DNA of 64,000 nucleotides, from contig CP158635.1 of assembly GCA_050273025.1 (NCBI GenBank), forward strand, positions 12,772,001 to 12,836,000, read 5' to 3'. The position numbers were made by a program, and so were the translations under genes. Below, piece after piece: positions 33,101 through 46,300 of the stretch. Every line of letters begins with the position of its first letter. Position 1 is the stretch's first letter. Source of the stretch: Cenococcum geophilum (taxonomy: Eukaryota). The notes under the pieces were generated by a model. That model made no database searches, was not told the DNA's origin, and saw only the letters and a list, made by a program, of their open reading frames with translations.

Positions 33101-36100
33101 CTTTGTAAATACGGATTTAATTAAAGGTAGTAACTACGTTAAGCTTTATAAAGTATTATACTTTCGCTAAGTAGTTAAGCGTTTCTTAAAGTAGAGGAAT
33201 TGGATATTAGTTTTAAATTATAATTATATTTAGGGCTTAATAATTAATATAGAACCTTAAGCCTCCTCTAGGTTTCTTAATAAATAGTATAGGTAAAGTA
33301 AATAGTAATTAACTAGGGTAAATAAATCCTTTCTCTAGGTGCTCTTTAAGGTATTATTATATTACTAGTAGCTCTTCTTGTAATATACTATATAATAGGC
33401 CGAACTTTGGCGTTATACTAGGTTTAAGTTCTATTTTAAAATTGTGCTTGTCTTAATGCGGGGGTAGTTAGTTTATAAATTGTTTCTTAAACGTATTAAT
33501 TAGATTGTGATATATTTTAGGTATAAGAGGTTAGGGGTTAATATATTACTTTAGTTTTAACGTATTGGTAACACAGGGTAAATTACCAATACTACTCGAG
33601 TAGATATAGTGATGGAAAAGCTTATTAATCTAGATAGGGGAGGGTAAGGAACTTAAGGTTCCTCACCACGCTAGTGCCGCGACGGCACGTGACGGCAAGT
33701 TGCCTCATTCCTAATACTAGTAACTCTTCTTTTATGGTTGCTATTTATATACAAATAGATAGTATGCGATAATACAATAGTAGGCAGAATATAGCAGAAT
33801 TTGGTAGGTAATACGCCTTATTTTACTAACCCGGACTTCTACTAACTAATCATAATTTTCCATCCCTAGGATGGAAAATCGCTATTGGCTCGCTTACTAC
33901 TAGCGCCTTAGCGGCCCTCGCCGTATTTTCTACTTCCTCTTAACCTAACCTTTAACTTATATACGTAGAGTATTTATATTAACAAACGTCTCTAGTGCCT
34001 TATTTAGGTTTAGCTTTGTTATTATATCTACTAGGTTATCTTGGCTATTAATCTATTAAATCTTAAAGAGTTCTTAACGCTTATAAGATTGCTATAGTGC
34101 CATAATATTAATTATAAGGCGCTTCTCCTTTATAGTACTAAGCTTAACTAAATACTTATAGAGGGAATATAAGTTAGTGTATATGATTATAGGGATAATA
34201 GGGAGTTTAAGTTAATCTATAATTATCTTTAAGGTAGTTCTAATTGTAATTACTATGTTAACTCCGCTAGCTATTCTATATATTTCTAACGCTAGAACGC
34301 TTTAAGTAACGCGCTTATTTTTAGTTAAGCTTTAATAGATAAGGTTACCGTAGATTATAAAGTTATTCTCTCTAGTAGATTTGTTTGTAATAATAATCTT
34401 ATATTCTAGCTAAGAGCTAAAATCTTTATTATTTACGAACGACCTATTAACAAATACGAAGAGCTTAGCGGTAGGAAGGTTAATAGGCATATAAAGTAGT
34501 CCCCAATTAAGATAGTTTATTTACTAAAAAAGGCGCTTATTTAGGGCAAGAACGTTATCCTTAGTTAGTTCTTAGTGTTAAGCGGTAATAGAGAGATTAA
34601 AGGAAGCCTTAGATTAACAGATAGAAGCAATATAAGCTCCGCAAGCGCGTTACTCCATATATCCTTACTTTAGAGAATTAATGTTAATAACATTAATCTT
34701 CTTACCTTAGCCCTTCTGGCGTAAAGCAATAAACTCCTTATTTAGGGAGAGGATGCATCTATTAAAGAGTAATAGTGTTATTAAATTAAGTCTTTCCTTT
34801 GGCTTTACTATAAGATTTGCCTTTACTAGCTTATCTTCTTTAAGAGTTAAAAATTAGTCGTCTCCTAAGATAATTATATTGTTAGTTTATATGCCAATAA
34901 TTCTAAATGGGGTTCCCGTAGTTATAATAAGGAAGTAGGGATCGAATATAGAAGTGGTTATTAAAAGCTTCTCTTTATAGTATTTACTATAAGTAGCCTA
35001 CTAATAGGTTCCTGCCTCCGCGATTCTATATAATAGCTTAAGCATAACTATAATTGTATCTTCGGGATATTGGTGGCGAATTTACTCTAGAAGATATACT
35101 AATATTAAGCGCTAAAGGTGCGTCTCTAATTAGGTATAGGCTTAAGTAATATCTTATAATAAACTACTATTCCGTTCTTTATTAAGGAGGGAGCTAGTGT
35201 AATAATAACTTACTAACTAGCTCGTTGTATTATCGGAGATTGCGTAAAAATCGTCTCCTTGCCGTTATTATTATAGCCTTAGATAATAAGCCTTAATTTC
35301 TTAAATAGGGCGTTAGTAGCTTTACCCTTAATCTTATTAACTATTCTTAACTTAAAGATGCGAACTCTATTATACTTAGTAGGGTTATACTTCTCGAATT
35401 TAAAGACTCCTCTTACGATAAGACCGTCGATCTCCCGCTTATTAGATGCTTAGAAGGGGGCTCCTAAAGTTATAATACGACCTTCCTTTTAGAGCTGTTT
35501 TGCGAGCTTAAAGTTAGCCTTTTCTTTAGCTGTTATAAAGGTTATTCATAACTTAACTCTACTCTTAATAGCGGCAATAAATTGCTCTTTAAAATTAATA
35601 AGATATTAGCAATTTTATAATCCCTTTAGGCGGCCTCTACCGCGTTATAGTTGCGGTATATCTACTATAATTATATTAGGATTATAGTCGCCTTCTAGGG
35701 TATCTTCTAGGGCATTCTGCAGAGGCTTAGAACTGTTATCTTTATAGTAAGGCTTAATAACAGTTAAACGGAATTAGGTGGGTCCGTGAGGCATCTAAAT
35801 AGTATAAGTTTAACTATTAATTATAATGAGTTTATATAGGCCTAACTATCCTCCCTTTTTACGCTATACGCGTACCTTAGACTGGAGTAGTAGATTAAGC
35901 GTAGTTAAGGTGTTTAGACCATTTCTTATTTCTAGTGCGTCGTTAACCTATTACGTGGCGTAGAGACGTCGTACCTCTTTTATTACCTTGCGAATAGCCT
36001 TAGCTTATTACGTAATGGATAAAGATAGTAGAGAATTATTAGTTATTTAAGGGTAGGCACTAAAGACTAGCAATATAGGCATAAGCCCATTTAGGCTAGC

Positions 36101-37329
36101 AGAATTGTTAACAGCCTTAACAGCCATCTATAGGATAAGCTCTTCGCTAGCGCCTTCTAGTTCCGAAGAAATAATTTTATATACTTGGCGTAATAGCGTG
36201 TAATATTATTCTACTTTTCCGATACTATTGTGTGCCTTAATAGGGACTTCCTTAACCTTAATTTCCATTACCTTTACCTATTGCCGAAACTCTGTAGATA
36301 AGAAGTTCCTTCCTAACTTAATTAGGGGGTCCTAGGTAAATATTAATCTAGTATAATTAAAGAGTATCCTATGCGTTCCTAGCTAATATATCCTTTAGGA
36401 AACGTGCGGCTTAAAAGAAGGTTAAGAGGTTAATAACTTAGAGTACTAGCTTGCCGCTAAAATATATAATGTCTATAATAATACAGAAGTTAAAGTTATA
36501 GTTATCTTTAAGGGTAAACTTAAATCGGCTAGGGGACTTTTAGTTTATTTGGTAGTAATAATAGTACTTTATAAGATACTTAATCGCCTTAACCTTAACC
36601 TTATAACCTACTCGCTAAAGAACCCTAAGTAGTTAGTGAACGGATAGGTAGCTAAAATAATGGTGTAGTTAACGTAGCTCTAACTTGGTTAAGTGGCTTT
36701 AAGTAATGCTCCTTTCTGGCTATTAAAGGAGCAACTAAGGGTAACCCTACTTGCGTATAACGGGCATCTAATTATCTCCTTAAATGAGTATATTCTTAAG
36801 GTTATTAAGCTTAACGCCTAATTTATCTATATTTTAGATGTAGAATAGAAACGGGGTGTTTATGGGGATAATGTAGAAAGTAATACGTCCTAATGGGGTT
36901 TTGACCTTAATTATACCAAAAGAGATTGTAGTACCCTTGCTAAAGTAAATTGTATATTGGCCTGCCGTTAATTAGTTGATTTAAATAGAGCCATTAAGCT
37001 GCTAAAGAGCTTAAACTTAAGGTTCTTCTGCTATAGATACTCCTGCGGCTCTGGTATCTGGTATAATACTATAGAAGATATTTGCTAAGTATCTATCGTT
37101 AAAGGAGAATACGGAACTCTCCCTTAGCTTATTAAAGATATCTAACTTTATAACAGAATGGAGCGTAGATTAGTTATTAAGGATAGCAACGGTTTATATG
37201 CTATTTACCTTACTATACTCGGTAAAGTATTAGTTGGGAAAGTAGTCCTTAATTTCTATATCTATAAGTAGCTGTTTAGCCTTATTAACCTTACCCTTAA
37301 GATCTTTTACACCTTTATATTAAACTAGG

Positions 37330-40300
37330 TGTCACGGGACACCCTCGTGACACCTTACACACGTTCACCTGTTTCCACCGACTTAGCAATTAAAGACTAA
37401 CCGCGAAATGGCAATCTAACGGCAATCTACGGTATTCTGCCATATTCTGCCAAGTTCCACTAAATTTTACCAAGTTCTGCTAGGACTACAACCTAAACCC
37501 TATTCTGCCCTATATACGTATTAACTAAGCAACTAAGTTAAAGATATATGCCCTTTCTTCCCGTTTTCCTACCTTCTTTCCTTACGTAACGTCTTAACCT
37601 CCTTATACAGTTTATATATATAGCTTAATAATATCTACCTTGCTATATATTATCGCCGCTTATACTCACTCCGTGGCACTACGTTGCGTTAACTTTATAT
37701 ACCACCTCTAAAATGCAAAACGACCCTAAAGCCTCTGTAACGGCCGCTAATATTATATCCGCACTCTAAGAACAACTGGTAGAAATACAGAAGTCTTTTA
37801 CAGACGCCCTTGTATAAAACTAAGCTACTTTAAATTAATAATAAGCTAAACAAGAAGTACGACACTAGCGATTAATTAAGGACCTTTAAGAAGAAATCCG
37901 TACACTTAAGATGCCTATATTAGGGCCTTAAGACCGAACACTATTTCTAGAGATGAATACGCGGAACGCGAGCCCCGAACCTATAGCAACTATCCACCTT
38001 AAACTAACTACTATACTAAAACGATCCGAACAACTACTAGATCCCCTAGTATTCACTAATAAACGATAAGAACTCTAATTATTCCTAAGCTAGCTTAAAA
38101 ATAAGCTAACTGGTAACGCCAATTATTACCCAACCGAAGCTAACTAACTTTGTTATGCCCTAAGTTGACTAGAAGGAGAGGCAGCTAACCTTATTAAACC
38201 TCTTTAGCCAACCTTAGTATAAAGCCTAGTTATACTTCTTAAAGCCTTATACGGTAACCTAAACCGCTAAGCTACTATCTAGAGAAAGATAAACTATATA
38301 GCTTAAGGAATAAAAAGTTTCTTAGTATACTTCTCCAAATTTAACCGTTACGTAAGGGAAACAGGCTAGAACGACTCCGCACTAATTAACAGCCTTATTA
38401 AATCTCTAAGCCCTAAACTAAAAACCTCCCTAATAGGCGTAGACCTACCAGGAGCCCTTAATGCCTGCGTAAACGTTGTTAATAAATAGTATAATGATAT
38501 ACTACGCCTAATACTGAAGTCCGCCCCCTAATATAATACGGCAACCCCATAAATGTCTACTAAGTTATTATCTTAGCCTAAGCACCCTAACGCCATAGAT
38601 ATTAACACTGGAACCCTAAAGTACGCCCCACTAGGGTCCCCTGAATGAGAAAGACGCATTAAGCTAGGCCTTTACTTTAAGTGCGGAAGTAAGGACCATA
38701 TCTTAAAATACTGTCTCGTCCCCTTACCTATACCCCAAAACAATTTATAAACGGCTAACACTAGCAACCATTTACCGCATTAATCTTCCGGTTACCGCCC
38801 CTAATCTTTACCTAGTTCTAGCCCTGTGTCTAGTAAGCACTACTTATAAGAGCGAAGCTATAACTAATATTCTATAGGAACCCCTTCCCGCTTACCACTA
38901 AAAGGCACGTTTTAGAGTTAAGTCGCTTTCTAGGACGGCTCTGCCTTAGGATCTTATTAAATACTTTAGATGTCACGAACTCTAACTCTTAGGATTATAG
39001 CATAACCGTTAACTATCGTCTTTAGTAAAATGGTTAATAGGCTAACGCTTAAATCCTAATTAATACAGGAGCTAGCGGTATAGGATTTATTAACAAGATC
39101 TTTGCGTATAATAATAGTTTTACCCTAACCCCCCTTAACCGGCATATTAACGTATTTAGATTTAATGGCAAACGTACTATCTTAGGCCGTATTACCTATA
39201 TAGTAGCCCTAAGACTCTAATACCTAAACCATAAAGAACTAATTAAGCTTTTTATTACTACCCTAGGTCACCCAGTAATTCTTAAATAACCCTAGATGAA
39301 GCTATATAAGGTGACTATTAATTAGGATAACCTTAAGTTTCTATTTACCGCCTCCCGTTGCAAGCAGAAGTGCCTTATTACTCGCTACTTAAACTGTTGG
39401 CCACGGAGGTAGCTTTACCTATGGGTAATATTGACCTGTGACGACGGCTGTTAGACATCAGTATTAGCCTAATATCGTCTTGTTACACCACCCTCTAGGG
39501 ACCCCTATAGGGGGTCAATTCTCTTATATATATTAGGGCTCTTAGAGCCACCTTGAATAAAACAGATCACTTATTTAATTCTGTGTCTCTACCTATAAGC
39601 TAGCTTAAGTCATTTGTCTTAATACCTGCCTAGCTAAAAGTTATAAGCCTAGTAACCTTCTGAGCACCAGGGAGATCTTAGTGGCTAGATAACTACCACT
39701 AAGCCTCTTTGAGCATAGTTTATTATAAAATATCGCGTGCTTTACGCGTAAGCGCGTCTCTTTACGTAACCTTAAAATAAAAGCTAATATAGCAACTAAG
39801 GACTTTACAAACCCTCTTTTGCTAACCCAGAAAGACTGGCCTATATGGTTTTAATTTATCCGCCAAGAAGCAAGTTTTGCGAAGATCTGGGACTATGTTA
39901 ACCTAGATAAGACGGAGAACGAAATTAAAGAAAACAATGAGCTAGCTATACCTTCGATAGCAGCAGCTCCTATAGCACCTGTAGCAGCACCTGCAGATCC
40001 TATAGCACTAGCAGCGGATCCTGCAGCTCCTGTAGCACCAGTAGCGGCTCCTGCAGCTTTAGCAGCAACTCTATTATCTACTAGAACAGCTACACCTGGG
40101 TTATTAAGTTAAGGATAACAACCTTAGCAATCTCTAGAGATATAGAGAATGCTCTTTAAGCTCTATAAGCTCCAACGACAGGATTACCTAAAGCGGGAAG
40201 AGAAGCTTTATACGTTTGCAGCACTTTTATATACTACCGTAGGCACTAACTTTTTGGGGTATCTTAAGAATCTCACCACACCACATTTGGTTTTAAGATA

Positions 40301-43300
40301 GCTGAAGAAGGTAGTAAAGCCATCTTAAGCTACGCTATAGCAGATGGTATTGGATGATCTTAAGAAACGGAAATAAGGGCCTAAACGCCAGACTCTGGAA
40401 TTATGGCTTTAGCTTTATATTACCATTATATAGAACGGCGAAGAGCTAAAGGAAGGGCTAATAGAGGCAATAGAGAGCAGTGTTATACGAGCTTTTGTTT
40501 AGGACTGTGAGGAGATCTGTCTAGCTCTATACTATACTTTTATCTAAAAGGTAGCAAAGAGGTTAGAGAAGCTTAAAATGGTAATAATGATTAAGGAATT
40601 TAACCTCCTCTATAAGCATCTGAATACGGGACGTAACGCCTATGCTATACTTTTAGGGCAGCCAGCTATAGATTCTATAATATCTATTACCCTAGTACCT
40701 TCTTAATTAACTAAGGCAAAGTGCTTTACTTGTGGTTTACCCTATAAGTTAAAGAATTGTAAGTAGCTATTTTAGTCTCTTTAAGGTCCGAACTTTATAC
40801 TAAATGATAAGTGTTTATAGAGGTATTAGGAATGGCTTAAGGTCCCGATAAATAAGCAGTATTATGACAAAAGGGTTAAGCAGATTAAGAGGGAAGGCCC
40901 TAAGTTAAGGATGTCTCTATTAGCTTTTGCTGAAAAGATTAAGGATCTAGACAGGCCCCGAGCTATAGCGGCTGCTGTAACAACATCTTACTTATTGTTA
41001 TTATCGCAGGAACATCCGGATCTGTCTTTAATTAACGCTTAGGGGTATAACACTATAGCAGACACACACTTCTGTAACGATATTAGATACTTCCGTAACC
41101 TTAAGCCATGCATGTTTATAGCAACAGCTAGAGATTCTAGAGCAGAAATCTATGGATATAGTAATATTAGCTTGGCTATTAAGGTGGGCGAATAACGTCT
41201 AACTCGGTATTTGATATTGAGGAATATAGCTTACGCTTCGTATTTTTATACTAATCTAATATCCGCAGCAAAGCTTTATAGGGTTGGAGTAATTATAGAC
41301 TAATTTACGAACTACCTACGCTATAAGGATGACGGAAGCCTATTTGCTAACCTTATAGAATATGGAGGTCTTTACCTTATTAATGCCATTGCCTGCTTAC
41401 TACCTACTCCTATAGCCTACGCTACCTCTACTAGGTTCTTTAAGACCTTAGTATATAATAGAGTATGGCATTAGCGCTTACTACACTATGATATAGAGTT
41501 AGTGGATTATCTACCGACTACGGCAGACGGGGTTAAAGTGGTCAAGACGGACAGAGGAAGGACTCTATACGGTATACCACTTTATAAACTATGTGTTCTT
41601 AAAAAGATAATATAGTAGATATCTTATAGAATATCCGTAAAAGGAACCTACCCTTTTAAACGTGTTTACTTTAATGTTATTATAGAGGAAGATGGGTTTA
41701 ATAGAGATAAGTATGTAGCTTACTTTTGGTATAACTATATAAAGTACCATCGTGCTTTTCCTATTAAGAACTATAAGTAAGAGATACTGCTCCTACTCTT
41801 TAAATCAATAATAGCATTTGTGAAGAAATTTGATACTTAAGGTATCCGCATTTGGTATATAGATAAGAAGTAAGGTATAGGCGCTAGGGTAAAGAACCTT
41901 ATATAGCTTAATAGAGGTATTATTAAGCAATTGACGCTATATACCCTAGCTTAAAATGGACCTATAAAGAGGTTAGGGAGAGCCATTTCCAAATAAGTAA
42001 GGACTGCGGTTATTAAAGCAAAGTTACCCGTAGATCTATAGCCCGAGTTTATGCTCCTTACAGTGTTCCTACTTAATTAAACTCCTATTAAGTCTATTGA
42101 CTAAAAGACCCTATTTAAAATGCTATATAAACGGAAGCCATAGCTAGTAGAACTTTGTATAGCTGGATCTTTAACCTATATACTTATTAAATACGGCATT
42201 CCTAGGAAGGCAAAGTTTAAGCTATAAGCCTAAATAGGTTATCTCGTTAGTATAGAAGCGTTAAATATCTATAGGATATAGATACTAACTACCAACCGCA
42301 TTATCCGATCTTGTGATGTACGAATTAATAAGTTAAAGAGATATTAGTCTTTAGAAAAACCAGAACACCTTATTATCTCGTAGGCTTAAAAGGACCGTTT
42401 TTAGCAAGTCTAGGACTTACTGGATAATCTTTAAGATGGCAGTAAGGACTGGATGGAGAACTTTAATGATGAACTAGATGTAAGACTGCCGCATTTAGCA
42501 AATATTGACGTTACTCCTATGTTAAAAAGCATTCAGATCTTAACGGAAGAACTCCATTAGCTACCTACCCTAGAGCTAACTTTAGAACTATCTAGACCAT
42601 CTACGTCTTCGGCGCCTCAACAGACATTATCTACTACTTAGTTATCTCCTGAAGTTACCGAACCACTATTTGTAGATCCTATACCTTATTCCGAACCTTA
42701 GACGACAGCAGGCTTATTATTAGGGGGTAAGAGACATTCTGGCCGTGAAAAGCGGCCTATGGCAAAGAAGAAAGATATGCCAAATCAGGATTTATAACGA
42801 CGAGCCTTTGCGGTTTAAATTGATGACGGTAACAATAACCTTATCAATCTAGATATAATACTATTGGCTTACGCTTTCTATACTGCTGCTATGAAGACGT
42901 ACGGATATCGAGACGATTTTCTACCGCTACTAAAGTCATGGAAAGAGATGCTTAATCATAGGTACGCTACGGAGTTTAAAGTAGCTACTTATACCGAGAC
43001 AAAGGCCTTAATAGGAAAACATACCTGGGACGAGGTATGACTAGTTAAGAAGGTTTATTGACTTCCTACTATGTAGGTCTTTACGTATAAGGAAGATTTG
43101 GACGGCTTTATTACGAGATTTAAAGCTCGTCTGGTTGTCCGCGGAGACCTTTAAGCAGTCTTATAAGAGGAGGTTAAAGCTATTACGGCAGCCTATCGGA
43201 CCTTCCGTCTAATCTGCGCTCTTATCGCCGGCTTTGACCTGGACGTTATACAGATTAACGCCGTTAACGCCTTTGTTAATGCCTTGGTTGACGATAAGGT

Positions 43301-46300
43301 CTACCTTATTCCCCCTAAGGGTATAGACCTACCGCCTGGATTCTCTCTCCGTCTAAGAAAGGTAATGTATAGACTACGGAAATCTCTAAAATTGTGGTTT
43401 TTAGAAATGTCTGCTGCTCTGTAAAGTATGGGTTTAAAAGCTGTACCGGATAAGCTATATCTCTATGTACACCCTACCAAACCTATCTTTATATTCTTCT
43501 ATATCGATGACATCCTAATTATAGGACACCCGAACTGTTGACAGTAGATGGAGGACATCTTAAAGCAGCTATAAGATTGATTTGAGATCCGCTAAATACC
43601 TTAGTTTACGTCATTCCTAAATACTTGTGTCGTGCGAGATCGACTAAAGGGAAAGCTCTGGCTATGCCTAGATTAGTATCTTAAGAAGCTAGTCTTGATA
43701 TACTACCTAGAGTATTTAAAGCCATTAGCTACACTACTATTGGGCTAGGAATTAACACCGTACGAGGGAGAAGCTACGCTGAATTAGATAAAAGGATATT
43801 AACGCTGTGTAGGTTCTGTAACATATCCTGCATCTACTATATAACTAGACATTGCTTTCTTAGTTAGCAAGCTGGCTGAGTTCTTATAAAATCCGTTACT
43901 AGCTTATCTTGTGGAGATTAACCGATTGCTTACCTATTTCTATAATACTAGATACCTTGCTCTCGAGTTCTCTACTATTACGCCGTATAAGATAAACTAG
44001 GTTTTGAAAGCCGCTTCTAATGCTAGCTTTGCTGACGATGCTCTAATATATCGGAGCTTATAGGGCTTCTTAATAAGCTTATTTAATGGGCCTATAGTAT
44101 GGTAGGTAACTAGATAAAAGGTAGTTACTAAGTTTACTATGGAGGCAGAACTCCTAGCTCTCTTGCACGTTGGTAGGGAGGTCAAGTATATAGTTCGGAT
44201 CTTTAAAGCCATTAGATTTGATCCAGAACAGGACGTTATTATTAATTGTGATAATTAGCAGTTAGTACGGATTGTGACGAAAGAGACCCCTACGGTATCT
44301 ATAAAACTCCGATACGTAGATATCTATTAATTCTGGCTTCGCTAAGAAGTCCAAAACGGAAGCTTTATCGTACAATGGGTACTAACGAGCGAGATGGTTG
44401 CAGATGGACTAACTAAAGCTCTATTAAAGCAAAATCATCAAAAATTCGTTGACGTGGTAGGGCTCCGCGATATTAGATATCTGGTTAATTGACGCTTAGC
44501 AAAGCTTACTACTAGCTCGTCTATTACGACTACCTAATCCAGTAATCTAGCTCTGCCGCTCTACGCCAGAGCTGAGGGGGTGTGTTGGCTACGGAGGTAG
44601 CTTTACCTATGGGTAATATTGACCTGTGACGACGGCTGTTAGATATCAGTATTAGCCTAATATCGTCTTGTTACACCACCCTCTAGGGACCCCTATAGGG
44701 GGTCAATTCTCTTATATATATTAGGGCTCTTAGAGCCACCTTAAATAAAACAGATTACTTATTTAATTCTGTGTCTCTATCTATAAGCTAGCTTAAGTCA
44801 TTTGTCTTAATACCTACCTGGCTGAAATAAACTAAGAACTAAAATCTAAAAAATCCACTAGGATCTACTAGTCTAAAATTTCTACGACTGTCTACCCTGT
44901 ACCTAAGGAATCTACCAGATTCTACTAACCTAAGAATCCTACCGACATCCACTAAGGACCCGAAAACTTCACTAAATTCCATAAGCTATTACTAAGCACT
45001 ACACTGCCCTAAGCTAAGTAGAAGCTTAAGCTTAATACACAAAAATACTAGAAGGACTGGTATTCTACTATAAAAAGGATTCTTAAAGAACCCGAACCTA
45101 AATCTAACACTAACTTCGTACCTAATACCGAACCTAAACCTAAATAAGAAACTATAGACAATCCAAGCGAACTCGGCACTCTAGATATCCGCATAATTAG
45201 AGCTACTCCATTAGTATAACTTACTAAGAAACCTAAATATATAATCTTTGCTGTCACTATAGCTAATATCGAGAAGGCCTTAGTACTAAAGAAGTACACT
45301 AACCCTGCTACAAAGGTACTAGTAGAGTACTATAACCGCCTAGAGGCATTTTTACGAAAGAAAGCTAATAAGCTACCGGAACACCGATCGTACGACTATA
45401 AGATTGTACTTAAAGACGGAAAGTAGCCTGGATTTAGACCCCTATATAGAATGTCCTAAAATAAACTCTAAGTACTATAGAAGTATCTAGATAAGAACCT
45501 AAGCAAAGGATTTATTAGAGCAAGCTCGTCGCCTATAGCCGTACTAGTGATCTTTGTTAAGAAACCCGGCAGCGGTCTACGCTTTTGCGTAGACTACCGA
45601 GCTCTTAACGCCGTTACCGTTAAGAATTAATATCCAATCCTGTTAATACAGGAGACATTAAACCGACTAAGCAAGGCTCGCTACTATACGAAGCTTAATA
45701 TTATCTCTGCATTTAACCGCCTCCATATAGCAAAAGGAGATAAATAGCTTATTGTATTCCGTACTCGGTATAGATTATTTAAATATTTAGTAACGCTATT
45801 TAGCCTCACAAATGCCCCGAGTTTGTTTTAACATTACGTAAATAACACCCTACGTCCCTACATGGACATCTTCTATACTGCTTATATTAACGACATCCTA
45901 ATATATAGTAATAACCTAACCAAATATTGGAAACACGTTAACCTTATCCTATAAGCCCTGTATAGAGCTAGTCTACAATTAGATATAGATAAATGCGAGT
46001 TTTATAAAACGGAAGTCCTATACCTTAAACTCCTTATTTCTATAAACGGTATACAAATGGACCTAAAGAAAGTTAAAGTAATTATAAACTGGCAGGAACC
46101 TAAGAATATTAAGGATGTAAGAGTCTTTATAGGATTTGCCAACTTCTACTAACAGTTTATTAATAACTTCTCTGCCCTAGTTTTACCCCTCATTACTCTA
46201 ACCCGAAAAGATAAAGCTTTTATCTTCAACAAAGAATATAAGAAGGCCTTTGCGTATCTAAAGGTTATATTTACTACTGCACCTATACTCTAACACTTTA

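Noticed and set aside
39955..40075. GCAGC-rich periodic repeat as a CRISPR-like or regulatory array
   Set aside because: It encodes an Ala/Pro-rich (APVAAPADP) linker in gag of G; no repeat-spacer structure, and the context is eukaryotic.
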